Positions 49,192 through 58,956 of a stretch of DNA of 60,346 bases are shown piece by piece. Origin of the DNA: Mycobacterium sp. GTDB taxonomy: Bacteria; Actinomycetota; Actinomycetes; Mycobacteriales; Mycobacteriaceae. Each line of letters begins with the position of its first letter. The first letter of the stretch is position 1. Under the pieces are notes generated by a model. It saw only the letters and a list, made by a program, of their open reading frames with translations. It did no database searches and was not told the DNA's origin. Both the position numbers and the translations under genes were made by a program. Location: NCBI GenBank assembly GCA_040511255.1, contig JBEVHL010000677.1:1-60346 (forward strand), read 5' to 3'.

Positions 49192-49644
49192 TCAGTCGAC
49201 CTGGGAGATGCGGTATTCGATGGCAGGCCCCGGCTGTATTCGGCCGTCGGCGAGGAACAGGGCGTGGGTGAGCCAGGTATAGCGGGGGTCGCCGGTGTCG
49301 ATGGTGAAATGCACGCGCAGGTAAGCATCCTCGAACTCGGTGGGGCTGCCGCCTGCGATGGCGGCCTGGGTGGCGGGATTCATCTCGATGAGTCCGGTGC
49401 CCTGCAGGTACAACACGGCGCCGTCGCCGGTGGTGACGGTGTGGCGGATGTCCGGACGTGCCCACCCGTCTGACGGGACGAGCAACCAGTCGCCGCCCCC
49501 GGGGTTCACGGTGCCGTTGACCCGGGCGCCGTACAGGCTGCCCCCGGTGGACCCCACCAACAGGCGTCGCCCGAATGCGGTGTCGCCGATGACAAGTGGC
49601 TCGGTGACGTCGATACGCAGTCGAAGTACTTCGCGGAGGGTCAA
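49192..49644 (-). CDS. DUF3237 (UPF0311) family protein
   Basis: GGGDWL, TGDGAVLY, DTGDPRYTWL. Confidence 0.8.
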   Translation of the reverse strand: MTLREVLRLRIDVTEPLVIGDTAFGRRLLVGSTGGSLYGARVNGTVNPGGGDWLLVPSDGWARPDIRHTVTTGDGAVLYLQGTGLIEMNPATQAAIAGGSPTEFEDAYLRVHFTIDTGDPRYTWLTHALFLADGRIQPGPAIEYRISQVD

Positions 49645-50513
49645 CGGTGCAACCTGTCGCGAGTGCTGGAGTTCAGCGCGGATTCGACGGTGGCGCGTAG
49701 CGGTGTGGTGGGCCGGCCGAGGATGCCGCTGAGGGTGTGATCGGTGAATTCCAAAGCGCCGTGGGCGATATCGCGATCGACGCCTGCCGCAGCCGCGACC
49801 TCCGCCGCGGTGCGCCCTGCGACGATGAGTTCGGCTCGCCGTTCTGCGGTGCTGACGTTGCGGTAGGTGACGTAGGTGCCTGCGACCGAAGTGATGACGT
49901 CGGCGAGTTCAGCGTAGGTCCAGCTCGTGTCACCGGCGAGTTCGTAGGTGCGGTTGTGATGCTCGTGCGGGTCGATCAGGATTCGCGCGGTGGCCTCGGC
50001 GTAGTCGTCACGAGCGGCACTGGCGATGCGGCCGTCTGCGGCGTTGCCGGTGAAGGTGCCGGTGGCGACTGCGTCGAGGATCGTGGGGACGTAGTTTTCG
50101 TGGTACCAGTTGTTCCGCAGCATCGCATAGCTCAGCCCGGAGGAGCGGACAATCTTCTCGGTGGCCAGATGTTCGGCTGCGAAGACCAGGTCGGCGCTGT
50201 CGACGCGCGGCGCGCTGGTATAGGCCAAGAAGCTGACCCCGGCGCGTTGGGCGGCTGTCACGACCGCGGCGTGCTGGGCGACGCGGTGCCCGAAGTCGGT
50301 GCCCGACACCAGGAGAGCCGCATCGGCGCCGCTGAGCGCCGCCGTCACCGAGTCAACATTGTCGTAGTCGGCGTAGCGGACCTCGTCGAAAACCTGATCG
50401 GCTGCAGCGGGGCGGCGAGCGGCACCAACTATGTGCTGGGTCGGGTCGAACCGGCGGATGTGGTGCGCGACCTCCGTGGCCAGGTGGCCGGTGGCGCCGG
50501 TGATGACGATCAT
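49641..50513 (-). CDS. NAD(P)H-binding oxidoreductase (YtfG/QorB-like)
   Basis: ITGATGHL, AYTS, EHLATE, LRNNWYHEN. Confidence 0.88.
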   Translation of the reverse strand: MIVITGATGHLATEVAHHIRRFDPTQHIVGAARRPAAADQVFDEVRYADYDNVDSVTAALSGADAALLVSGTDFGHRVAQHAAVVTAAQRAGVSFLAYTSAPRVDSADLVFAAEHLATEKIVRSSGLSYAMLRNNWYHENYVPTILDAVATGTFTGNAADGRIASAARDDYAEATARILIDPHEHHNRTYELAGDTSWTYAELADVITSVAGTYVTYRNVSTAERRAELIVAGRTAAEVAAAAGVDRDIAHGALEFTDHTLSGILGRPTTPLRATVESALNSSTRDRLHR

Positions 50514-50579
50514 GGCGGCGTTCCTCTCTTTGGGGCGAGCCAGAAGGTCGCCTCGACATAGCTACTATCGCATCCGCAA

Positions 50580-50754
50580 TGACATAGGTCAAGCATTGTG
50601 GCTTGTGTCTTAATCATCGCCCCGAAACCTGCGCCTAACCGCCTATGCCAGGGAAAAGCACTGACTAACGGTTCGCTACAACTGTAGATTCGCGAAGGTT
50701 GACAACGAGCAGACGGCACGATAAGACTTAGACAAAATCAATTGACATATGTCG
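50580..50754. promoter_or_regulatory. Paired palindromic operators TGACATAGGTCA (50580) and TGACATATGTCG (50743)
   Basis: Two 10/12-identical near-palindromes in the AT-rich gap between divergent operons. Confidence 0.5.
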
Positions 50755-50783
50755 ATACAGCGACGTGAGAAAGTAGTGGCGCG

Positions 50784-51080
50784 GTGACATCTCTGCAGTT
50801 CAGCGCTTGTGGTGATCCGAGTCCGGTGGCGTCGGTCAACTTCAAAGTTCTTCCTGTCCATGGGTTTTGGCTCCACCACTGGCTGACATCCCCCACCGAC
50901 GAGCAAATCGACCGCGTCTACACCGAACTGTTCGAGCTGATCGCCGACGGCGTTTTACACACACCGGTGGCAGCCGCCTACCCACCGGGCGATCACGTCG
51001 AGGCGATGAACCGTGCGCGCGCCTTCGGTCACAGCGGCAAGGTGTTGTTCACCGCAGCCGGTCACGGGGCGACCCGATGA
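50784..51080 (+). pseudogene. Internally deleted MDR-family (enoyl/quinone reductase) gene
   Basis: N-terminal LQFSACGDP joined directly to C-terminal VHGFWL..LIADGVL..GKVLF; only 98 aa. Confidence 0.65.
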
Positions 51081-52075
51081 AGGCTGTCGTGGTCCAGCGT
51101 CCGGGTACGGCCAACCCGCTGGAGGTGGTGGACCTCCCGGATCCGGGCGATCCCCAACCCGGCCAGGTGCGGGTTCGCCTGCACGGTAGCTCGCTGAATT
51201 TTCACGACAGCTTGGTCATCGGTGATCCGGCCACCCCGGTGGGTCACATCCCGTTGGCAGACGGGGCCGGCGTCGTCGAATCCGTCGGCGCAGGTGTCAC
51301 CGGCCTCGCAGCCGGTGACGCGGTCGTGGCCGCCTTCACGCCGCAGTGGGCTGCCGGTCCCCCCACCCGCGACGCTTTCTCCTCCACTGCGGGGATCGGC
51401 ACGCCGGGTTATGCCCGTGAGGTTGTGATCACATCGGCGCAGCACTTCACCGTCGCGCCGCACGGCTGGTCACACCACGAATCGGCCACCCTCACGGTGG
51501 CCGGTCTGACTGCATGGCGGGCGGTGATCGCCGAGGCACGTATCAAGCCCGGTGACGTCGTCTTGGTGCTGGGCACCGGTGGAGTGGCCACCTTCGCGGT
51601 GCAGTTCGCGAAGATGGCGGGTGCGACGGTGGTGGTCACCTCCTCTTCGGATGCGAAATTGCAACGGGCACAAAGCCTTGGCGCAGACCATCTGATCAAC
51701 TACCGGCTCACCCCGGATTGGGGACACCGGGTTCTGGAACTTACCGACGGCGCCGACCTGGTCGTGGAGTTGGGTGGCGCAGGCACGTTGGGCCGATCCA
51801 TCGACGCGGCCAGGGTCGGGGCCGTGATCTCCCTGATCGGTGTGCTCGACGGCACCGCGGGTGCCATCCCCACCGGGGCACTCACCATGAAACAGATCCG
51901 CCTGCAGGGCATCGTGGTCGGCAGTCGGCGCCACCAGCGGGACATGGTGCACGCCCTGGACGCACAGCGCGTTCGACCGGTCGTCGACCGCACGTTCGCA
52001 CTCGACGAATTGCCCACGGCCGTCCATTATTTCCGGACGGCGCAGCATTTCGGCAAAGTGACACTGTCGTGGTGA
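51077..52075 (+). CDS. MDR-family NAD(P)-dependent oxidoreductase
   Basis: SLNFHD, AGLTAWRA, LGTGGVA, HFGKV. Confidence 0.9.
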   Translation: MKAVVVQRPGTANPLEVVDLPDPGDPQPGQVRVRLHGSSLNFHDSLVIGDPATPVGHIPLADGAGVVESVGAGVTGLAAGDAVVAAFTPQWAAGPPTRDAFSSTAGIGTPGYAREVVITSAQHFTVAPHGWSHHESATLTVAGLTAWRAVIAEARIKPGDVVLVLGTGGVATFAVQFAKMAGATVVVTSSSDAKLQRAQSLGADHLINYRLTPDWGHRVLELTDGADLVVELGGAGTLGRSIDAARVGAVISLIGVLDGTAGAIPTGALTMKQIRLQGIVVGSRRHQRDMVHALDAQRVRPVVDRTFALDELPTAVHYFRTAQHFGKVTLSW

Positions 52076-53334
52076 ACACGCCGGCGCCCACCGTCGTCGT
52101 CTTGGGCACTCTGGACACCAAGGGCACCGAACACCGGCACCTTGTCGCGAAGATCCGCCAACTCGGCGCGCGGACGCTGTTGATCGACGTCGGGGTGGGG
52201 GCACCCGCACCCGACGCCGATATCGACAACGTCGCGGTGGCCGCGGCAGCGGGTACCACCGTGGCAGAGTTGGTGGCCAAAGGCGACCGTGGCCACGCCG
52301 TCGACACGATGGCGCAGGGCGCGGCGACGCTCCTGACACAGCTGCGGCACGAGGGACGCCTCGACGGCGCCGTCGCACTCGGCGGTGGCGGCGGCACCAC
52401 CTTGGCCGGCACCGCGTTCGCCGTCCTGCCTGTGGGAGTCCCGAAGTTGGTCGTATCCACCATCGCCGCGGGTGATATGCGAGCTCACGTCCATGGTGGC
52501 GATCTCACGTTCACCTACGCCGTCCTGGACATCGCCGGTCTGAACCGGATCACCCGCGTCATCATCGACAATGCCGCAGGCGCGATCGTCGGGATGGCCG
52601 GTGCCGCGGTAGCGCGTGACGACGCCCGATCGAACTCCGGTACGACCTGCGACGAGCGCCCCATGGTGGCCGTCACCTCTTTTGGTGTGACCACCCACGC
52701 GGTCCAGACTGCCAGCGCAGCACTGACTTCGGTCGGCTACGAACCGGTGGTCTTCCACGCCGTCGGATCTGGTGGGGAATCACTGGAGACCCTGATCCGG
52801 GCAGGCTCGTTCGCCGGTGTCCTGGACATCACCACCACCGAGTTGGCCGATGACCTCCTCGGCGGGGTGATGTCGGCTGGTCCTGATCGGCTCACCGCCG
52901 CCGCGGATACCGGGACACCGCAGGTGGTTTCGGTCGGCGCTCTCGACATCGTCAATCTCGGCGCCCCTGAGGGGATAGCGCCCGAATACCGCGGCCGCCG
53001 CCTCATCGCGCACAACTCCCGGATGACGTTGATGCGCACCACCGTCGAGGAAGCGACCGAGCTCGGGAAACGTTTGGCCGACAAACTCAACCGTGCCCGC
53101 GGGCCGGTGACGTTGTACCTGCCGCTGGCCGGAACGTCCTCATTGTCGATCACCGGTGGCCCGTTCCACGACCCGCTTGCCGACGAAGCGCTGTTCAGTG
53201 CCATCAGAACCCATCTCGCAAAGACGGTTTCGCTTGTCGAACTCGACCTGGACGTCAATGACACCCGGTTTGCCACCGCCATGGTCGACGGACTGCTCTG
53301 CCAGATGCCCACCGCGACAAAGGAACCCAAATGA
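52072..53334 (+). CDS. UPF0261 / Tm-1-like ATP-binding domain protein
   Basis: GTLDTKG.E, GGGGGT, PKLVVST, DIAGLN, FHAVGSGG, DITTTELAD. Confidence 0.88.
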   Translation: MNTPAPTVVVLGTLDTKGTEHRHLVAKIRQLGARTLLIDVGVGAPAPDADIDNVAVAAAAGTTVAELVAKGDRGHAVDTMAQGAATLLTQLRHEGRLDGAVALGGGGGTTLAGTAFAVLPVGVPKLVVSTIAAGDMRAHVHGGDLTFTYAVLDIAGLNRITRVIIDNAAGAIVGMAGAAVARDDARSNSGTTCDERPMVAVTSFGVTTHAVQTASAALTSVGYEPVVFHAVGSGGESLETLIRAGSFAGVLDITTTELADDLLGGVMSAGPDRLTAAADTGTPQVVSVGALDIVNLGAPEGIAPEYRGRRLIAHNSRMTLMRTTVEEATELGKRLADKLNRARGPVTLYLPLAGTSSLSITGGPFHDPLADEALFSAIRTHLAKTVSLVELDLDVNDTRFATAMVDGLLCQMPTATKEPK

Positions 53335-54155
53335 GTCGGCACACTGATGAGATCATCGCGTCATTCCGCAGGCAGAACCACCACGGGCGCCAGCTCATCG
53401 GCGCGGGCGCGGGCACCGGATTGTCGGCGCGGTCCGCACAGGCCGGTGGTGTGGACTTTCTGGTGGTTTACAACTCCGGGCGCTACCGCATGGCCGGGCG
53501 TGGCTCACTGGCCGGTCTGCTTGCCTACGGTGACGCCAACGCGATCGTCCTGGACATGGCCGGCGAAATCATCCCGGTGGTCGGGGATCTCCCGGTGTTC
53601 GCCGGGGTCAACGGCACTGACCCGTTCCGTCTGATGCCGCGCTTCCTCGACGAAATCAAGGCAGCTGGTTACCTGGGCGTGCAGAACTTCCCCACAGTCG
53701 GGGTGTTCGACGGCGCGTTCCGGGCCAACCTCGAAGCCACCGGACTGGGTTACGACGCCGAGGTCGCCATGATCCGCGCCGCAGCCGACCGGGACCTGGT
53801 GACCGCACCCTATGTGTTCAGCAGCGCCGAGACCGAAGCCATGATCGTCGACGGCGGCGCCGATATCGTCGTGGCCCACATGGGGCTGACCACGTCCGGA
53901 TCGGTGGGCGCCGCGGTCGCGGTGGCGCTCGAGGAGGCCGCCATCGCCTGCCAGCAGATCGTCGACACCGCCCGTCGCCTCGCGCCCGACATCATCGTCC
54001 TGGCCCACGGTGGTCCGATCGCGACGAGTGCGGACTGGAAGTACATCAAGGACCACACCGATGGGCTCAACGGCTTCCTCGGTGCGTCCAGCATCGAACG
54101 GCTACCGGTCGAACAGGGCATCGCCAAAGCCGTCGCCGATTTCAAAGCGGTGTGA
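53331..54155 (+). CDS. TIM-barrel PEP-hydrolase-like protein (Tm-1 C-terminal-like)
   Basis: GAGAGTGLSA, YNSGRYRMAGRGSLAGLL, QNFPTVG, HMGLT, GASSIERLP. Confidence 0.88.
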   Translation: MSRHTDEIIASFRRQNHHGRQLIGAGAGTGLSARSAQAGGVDFLVVYNSGRYRMAGRGSLAGLLAYGDANAIVLDMAGEIIPVVGDLPVFAGVNGTDPFRLMPRFLDEIKAAGYLGVQNFPTVGVFDGAFRANLEATGLGYDAEVAMIRAAADRDLVTAPYVFSSAETEAMIVDGGADIVVAHMGLTTSGSVGAAVAVALEEAAIACQQIVDTARRLAPDIIVLAHGGPIATSADWKYIKDHTDGLNGFLGASSIERLPVEQGIAKAVADFKAV

Positions 54156-54200
54156 GCGCCGAGGTCCGAGAACCCGACTGCCGATACGAAAAGGACCACG

Positions 54201-54704
54201 ATGACCGACTTTCCCCGCGTCACCCACCAGAGTGCGCTGCCCGTCGAGGACAGGATCACCGCCGTCGACTTCGTGAACCGCGTCAACTGGCTCTTCGAAG
54301 TCTGGGACGTCGACGCCATGGTCGAATCCTTTCTACCGGAATCGACGACGTATCACTTCGAGGGCACCGTTCACGGGCACGCCGGACTGCGTGCCTTCTT
54401 CCGCGACGACTACCCCTACCTCATCCCCGGAGTGGCGCGCCACGCCACCAACCACATCGTCGACGCCGACGGCGCCGACGGCGTCGTGGTCCGGTACCAC
54501 AATCTGCTCGTCCGGTACGGCAGCCCCGACGGGACTCCCGGAGTCCTGCCTGCACCCGGTGTCGTCGACAGCGGCGAGGGACTTCCGGCGATTTGGATTT
54601 ATTCGCCCATGCTCGACCGGTTACGACGCACGGCCGACGGGTGGAGGATCTTCGAGCGCTATGTCGGGCACTCCGTCATCGACAAGCAACTGTCCGGGCG
54701 ATGA
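54201..54704 (+). CDS. SnoaL/NTF2-like protein
   Basis: RHATNHIVD, LRRTADGWRI; AAGGA RBS. Confidence 0.75.
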   Translation: MTDFPRVTHQSALPVEDRITAVDFVNRVNWLFEVWDVDAMVESFLPESTTYHFEGTVHGHAGLRAFFRDDYPYLIPGVARHATNHIVDADGADGVVVRYHNLLVRYGSPDGTPGVLPAPGVVDSGEGLPAIWIYSPMLDRLRRTADGWRIFERYVGHSVIDKQLSGR

Positions 54705-54736
54705 GCCACGCCACGCGAACAAACCAAGGAGAAACC

Positions 54737-55792
54737 ATGCAGTACAGAACATTTGGCCCACGCACGGGCTTGCGGGTATCCGAACTGGCACTGGGCACCG
54801 CGAACTTCGGCACCCGCTGGGGTGCGGGTGCGGAGTTCGACGACGCCAAGACGATGTTCACCAGCTACGTCGAAGCCGGCGGTACCTTCATCGACACCGC
54901 CGACGCTTACCAATTCGGGCAGTCGGAGTCCTTCCTGGCCGACCTGATTGCCGCCGACCGCGACCAGTTCGTATTGGCGAGCAAGTTCACTCAGGGCGCC
55001 ACCGCCAAACCCGGTGTTTCGCGTACCGGGAACAGCCGCAAGGTGATGACCCGGGCGGTCGAAGCGTCGCTACGGCGGTTAGGCACCGACTACCTCGATC
55101 TGTACTGGGTGCACTGGCCCGATTTCGTCACACCCGTCGACGAAATCGTCGAAACGATCTCAGTTCTCGTCAGCGCAGGCAAGATTCTGCACGCGGGTTT
55201 TTCCAATTTCCCGGCCTGGCGGACCGCGTACGCTGTCGCCCTGGCAGAGGCGCGGAGAGAATCGGCCAACATTGTCGGTGTGCAGACTGAGTACAGCCTG
55301 GTCGAACGCAGCGCCGACCGGGAAATCCTGCCGATGGCCGAAGCGCTCGGCCTCGGGGCGGTGCTGTACTCGCCGTTGGGCGGCGGCCTGTTGACCGGCA
55401 AATACCGCAGCAGCGACGACGGCCGGTTGACCACCTTGGGTGTGGTGATCCAACGGGAGGACACCGACCAGAAGACCGTGATCGTCGACGCCGTGCTGAA
55501 GGTCTCAGATGAGATCGGTTGCCCCCCAGCCCAAGTAGCGATGGCATGGGAGTTGGAACGGGCCCGCCGTTCGGCGACGCCCGTGATACCGGTCATCGGG
55601 CCCCGCACACCGGAACAGCTCGACAACTATCTCGGCGCTCTCGAGGTCACCCTCGACGAGCAGCATTTCCAGCGCCTGACGGATCTCAGCGCCCCCGCGC
55701 TGGGAGCGCCGCACGACGACGCCGCGGCCAACGCCGATGCCAACCGCGGCCGGGTGGGTGACCGGTTCATCCTCGGACAACCCGTGCCCTGA
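54737..55792 (+). CDS. Aldo/keto reductase
   Basis: LALGTANFG, FIDTADAY, SLRRLGTDYLDLYWVH; AAGGAG RBS. Confidence 0.92.
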   Translation: MQYRTFGPRTGLRVSELALGTANFGTRWGAGAEFDDAKTMFTSYVEAGGTFIDTADAYQFGQSESFLADLIAADRDQFVLASKFTQGATAKPGVSRTGNSRKVMTRAVEASLRRLGTDYLDLYWVHWPDFVTPVDEIVETISVLVSAGKILHAGFSNFPAWRTAYAVALAEARRESANIVGVQTEYSLVERSADREILPMAEALGLGAVLYSPLGGGLLTGKYRSSDDGRLTTLGVVIQREDTDQKTVIVDAVLKVSDEIGCPPAQVAMAWELERARRSATPVIPVIGPRTPEQLDNYLGALEVTLDEQHFQRLTDLSAPALGAPHDDAAANADANRGRVGDRFILGQPVP

Positions 55793-55840
55793 GTCTGGGA
55801 CGAACCCAGTTGAAGCCATCCAACGACGGAAGAAGTAAAC

Positions 55841-57214
55841 ATGAGTGACCTCAGTCAAGAATTGCAGCTGATGGAAGATGCGGACCGTCGTGCTCGGGCG
55901 TACACGGCCGGTATCGGCGGGCGTCCGGTGTTTCCCACTGCCGAAGCACTGCGCAATCTCGCCACGTTCGACGAGCCGCTTCCCGACCTCGGTGGGCCCG
56001 CGTCTGAGACCCTCCGACTTCTCGACCGGTACGGCACCCCGGCCACGGTGGAGACTAATGGAGGCCGTTACTTCGGCTTCGTCACCGGCGCGGCGCTGCC
56101 CGCCGCGGCTGCGGCCGAGCGATTGGTGCTGGCGTGGGACAACGCCGGCCTGGCCCACGTGACGTCACCGGCAGCGGCCAAGATCGAAGCTGTCGCAGCG
56201 CGCTGGGTGCTGGAGGCCCTCGATCTGCCTCGTGCTGCCGGTGTCGGGTTCACCACCAGTGCCGGGGCGGGCACCTTGATCGCCCTGGCCACCGCCCGGC
56301 GCGCTCTGCTGCAGCGGCACGGCTGGAATGTCGACGAGCACGGCGTGACCGGCGCGCCGCAAATCCGGGTGGTGGCCTCGGAGTTGGCGCACGTGGTGAT
56401 CACCAAGGCCCTCCGGGTGCTGGGGTTCGGCACCGCGCAGGTCTTCCTGGCACCTACCGACGCGTTCGGCCGGGTCGATCCCGCGAAGTTGCCACCCATC
56501 GACGACAAGACCATCGTCGTGCTGCAGGCCGGCGAAGTGAACACCGGTGAATTTGACCCGTTCGCCGCGATAATCCCTGCCGCGCGAGCCGCGGGCGCCT
56601 GGGTGCACGTCGACGGCGCTTTCGGCCTGTGGGCGCGTGCCTCTCCGCGGTATCGACACCTGACCGACGGGGTCGAGCAGGCTGACAGCTGGACCGTGGA
56701 CGGTCACAAGTGGCTCAACACCCCCTATGACAGCGCCATGGTCGTCCTAGCCGACCGTGGCCGGCTTGCCGAAACCATGAACAGCGACGCCGCGTACTCC
56801 ACCACTTCAGCCGACTCCCAGAAAAATCTCACGCTGGAGTTTTCCCGGCGCCCCCGCGGGATTGTGGTCTGGGCCGCCCTGCGCACGCTCGGCCGGGACG
56901 GGGTCGCCGACCTCATCGAGCACACCATCGCCATGGCAGCGGACATCGCCGAAGGGCTGCGCGAGGCCGGCTACACCGTGCTCGGTCGGGGCGTCATCAA
57001 TCAGATAATCGCCAGGGCCGACAACCCGGAGGAGACGGCGCGAATCGTGGCGGCGGCCCAAGCCTCCGGCCGGACGTGGTTCGGCGCCAGCACCTGGCGC
57101 GGCGAGCCGGTGATGCGTATCTCGGTCTCATCATGGCGGACCACACCCGCCGACGTGGCGGACCTAGTCGACCTCCTGCGCGGCCTGAAGGTGCAATGTT
57201 CCGCCACGACATAG
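55841..57214 (+). CDS. Group II PLP-dependent decarboxylase
   Basis: YFGFVTG, HVDGAFG, DGHKWLN (PLP Lys). Confidence 0.88.
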   Translation: MSDLSQELQLMEDADRRARAYTAGIGGRPVFPTAEALRNLATFDEPLPDLGGPASETLRLLDRYGTPATVETNGGRYFGFVTGAALPAAAAAERLVLAWDNAGLAHVTSPAAAKIEAVAARWVLEALDLPRAAGVGFTTSAGAGTLIALATARRALLQRHGWNVDEHGVTGAPQIRVVASELAHVVITKALRVLGFGTAQVFLAPTDAFGRVDPAKLPPIDDKTIVVLQAGEVNTGEFDPFAAIIPAARAAGAWVHVDGAFGLWARASPRYRHLTDGVEQADSWTVDGHKWLNTPYDSAMVVLADRGRLAETMNSDAAYSTTSADSQKNLTLEFSRRPRGIVVWAALRTLGRDGVADLIEHTIAMAADIAEGLREAGYTVLGRGVINQIIARADNPEETARIVAAAQASGRTWFGASTWRGEPVMRISVSSWRTTPADVADLVDLLRGLKVQCSATT

Positions 57215-57242
57215 TCATAGCCTCAACGGGTATGCTGGTCGC

Positions 57243-57842
57243 ATGAACCAGGTGAGATGGCCCGCAACCGCCGACTTCGCCATCGATGCCGCAACCGGCG
57301 AACTGGGTTTCGTGCACGACCTGATGAACACGGTATCCGGTGGTAAACCGAACCGCCCCGATTTGTTCGCCGACTTGACCTCGGCACAGGCGTGGTTGGA
57401 TACCAGCCTTGCCCGGTTGGCGGAGGTGACCGCGAGTCCGCGGTGGGAGATCGAGCTCGCGGCGGACGATCTGGACAGCCTGCGCGCGTTGCGTGCCGAC
57501 CTTCGCCACGTCGCAGGGGTATCTCACGACCCGGTCGCTGCTCGGCCCGATGTGCCGCTGCAGTCGGCAACTGCTGCACTGCAACTCAATTCCGACGGCA
57601 CAGTGGTACTGCGACCGCGCGGCACCGGAGCGCGCCAAGTCACATCACTGGTGCTGTCGCTGATCTTGCACGCGCAACTGGAGGACACCTGGCGGCGGCT
57701 CAAACTGTGCCGAGACCCTAAATGTGCAGCGGTCTTCTACGACCGATCTCGGAACAACAGCGGGGTCTGGCACGACGTCCGCGTCTGCGGCAACGCGGCG
57801 AACCTGCGCGCCTCTCGCGCGCGCCGTCAGGCACAGAAGTAA
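57243..57842 (+). CDS. CGNR zinc-finger (ABATE) regulator
   Basis: RLKLCRDPKC..FYDRSRN..WHDVRVCGN. Confidence 0.88.
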   Translation: MNQVRWPATADFAIDAATGELGFVHDLMNTVSGGKPNRPDLFADLTSAQAWLDTSLARLAEVTASPRWEIELAADDLDSLRALRADLRHVAGVSHDPVAARPDVPLQSATAALQLNSDGTVVLRPRGTGARQVTSLVLSLILHAQLEDTWRRLKLCRDPKCAAVFYDRSRNNSGVWHDVRVCGNAANLRASRARRQAQK

Positions 57843-57964
57843 CTCGTCAGAGTGCGTGGATTAAGTAGCGCTGAAGCATTGCAGTAGCTGATCGTGGTTG
57901 TTTCCCACCTTCCGGGAACCGAGGCTGTTGGTAGCCAAATTCCGGTCGAGACAAGGGAATCAGC

Positions 57965-58906
57965 ATGACCGAACTCAAAGACACCGGCGTCCTCACTGAC
58001 ACCGGTCTGGACGTCGTTCCCAGCGCCGGCTACATCGGTGCGGAGATCAACGGCGTCGACCTGCGGGGTCCGCTGGACACCGGGACAGTCGAGGAGATCC
58101 GCAGCGCGCTGCACAGGTACAAGGTGATCTTTTTCCGGGACCAGGAGATCGGGCACGCCGAGCAGGTCGCGTTCGCCCGGCTCTTCGGCAAGGTGACCCC
58201 GGCGCACCCGCACGAGGAGAGCCCGCCTGAGGGTTTCCCGGAGATCTTGCCGATCGACAGCCGCCGCTATGAGTCGAACCTGGGCCGCAAACGCACCTCG
58301 TATGACAACAGCTGGCACACCGATGTCACGGCGTTGATCAACCCGCCTGCGGCGTCCATTCTGCGGGCCGACATCCTGCCCCCGTACGGTGGCGATACTG
58401 CCTGGACGAATCTGGTTGCGGCATATGAGAATCTGCCCAAAGAACTGCGCCACTTCGCCGACCAGCTCGATATCAAGCATCAGTTCAACGCGCGGGCGAC
58501 AGAGGGCAGCCAGCGAGACCGCAAGGTACGCGAGGCCAACCTGGTCTCATACCACCCCGCGGTCCGGGTGCATCCGGTCACCGGTGAACGGGCCTTGTTC
58601 GTCAGCCCCGGGTTCACCCGTGGGGCGCGCGAAATCCGCGGCTTCTCACCCACGCAGAGCGAGCGCATCCTCAAGCTGTTCTGGGAGGAGGCGACCCGCA
58701 CGGAGTACACGGTTCGCTTCCGCTGGGCACCGGGTAGCGTCGCCTTCTGGGACAACCGGGCGACATCGCACCTGGCGATCCCCGATGCGGGTCACCTGGG
58801 GTACGAACGGGTGCTCTACCGCGTGACCCTGGAGGGCGATGTCCCCAAGGGTGTCGACGGCCGCGAATCCGAGCGGGTCTCAGGTCAACCGTTCTACGGT
58901 TCCTGA
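57965..58906 (+). CDS. TauD/TfdA-family Fe/2OG dioxygenase (alkylsulfatase/sulfonate dioxygenase-like)
   Basis: WHTD, GGDT, HPAVRVHP, FWDNRATSH. Confidence 0.92.
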   Translation: MTELKDTGVLTDTGLDVVPSAGYIGAEINGVDLRGPLDTGTVEEIRSALHRYKVIFFRDQEIGHAEQVAFARLFGKVTPAHPHEESPPEGFPEILPIDSRRYESNLGRKRTSYDNSWHTDVTALINPPAASILRADILPPYGGDTAWTNLVAAYENLPKELRHFADQLDIKHQFNARATEGSQRDRKVREANLVSYHPAVRVHPVTGERALFVSPGFTRGAREIRGFSPTQSERILKLFWEEATRTEYTVRFRWAPGSVAFWDNRATSHLAIPDAGHLGYERVLYRVTLEGDVPKGVDGRESERVSGQPFYGS

Positions 58907-58956
58907 AGCGCCGAGACTTACGCGGCAGTCAACCCACCACAGAGATCGGATCTTCC

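Noticed and set aside
52072-54155. Anti-phage role by analogy to plant Tm-1
   Set aside because: Neighbours are metabolic enzymes; no defence-island genes nearby
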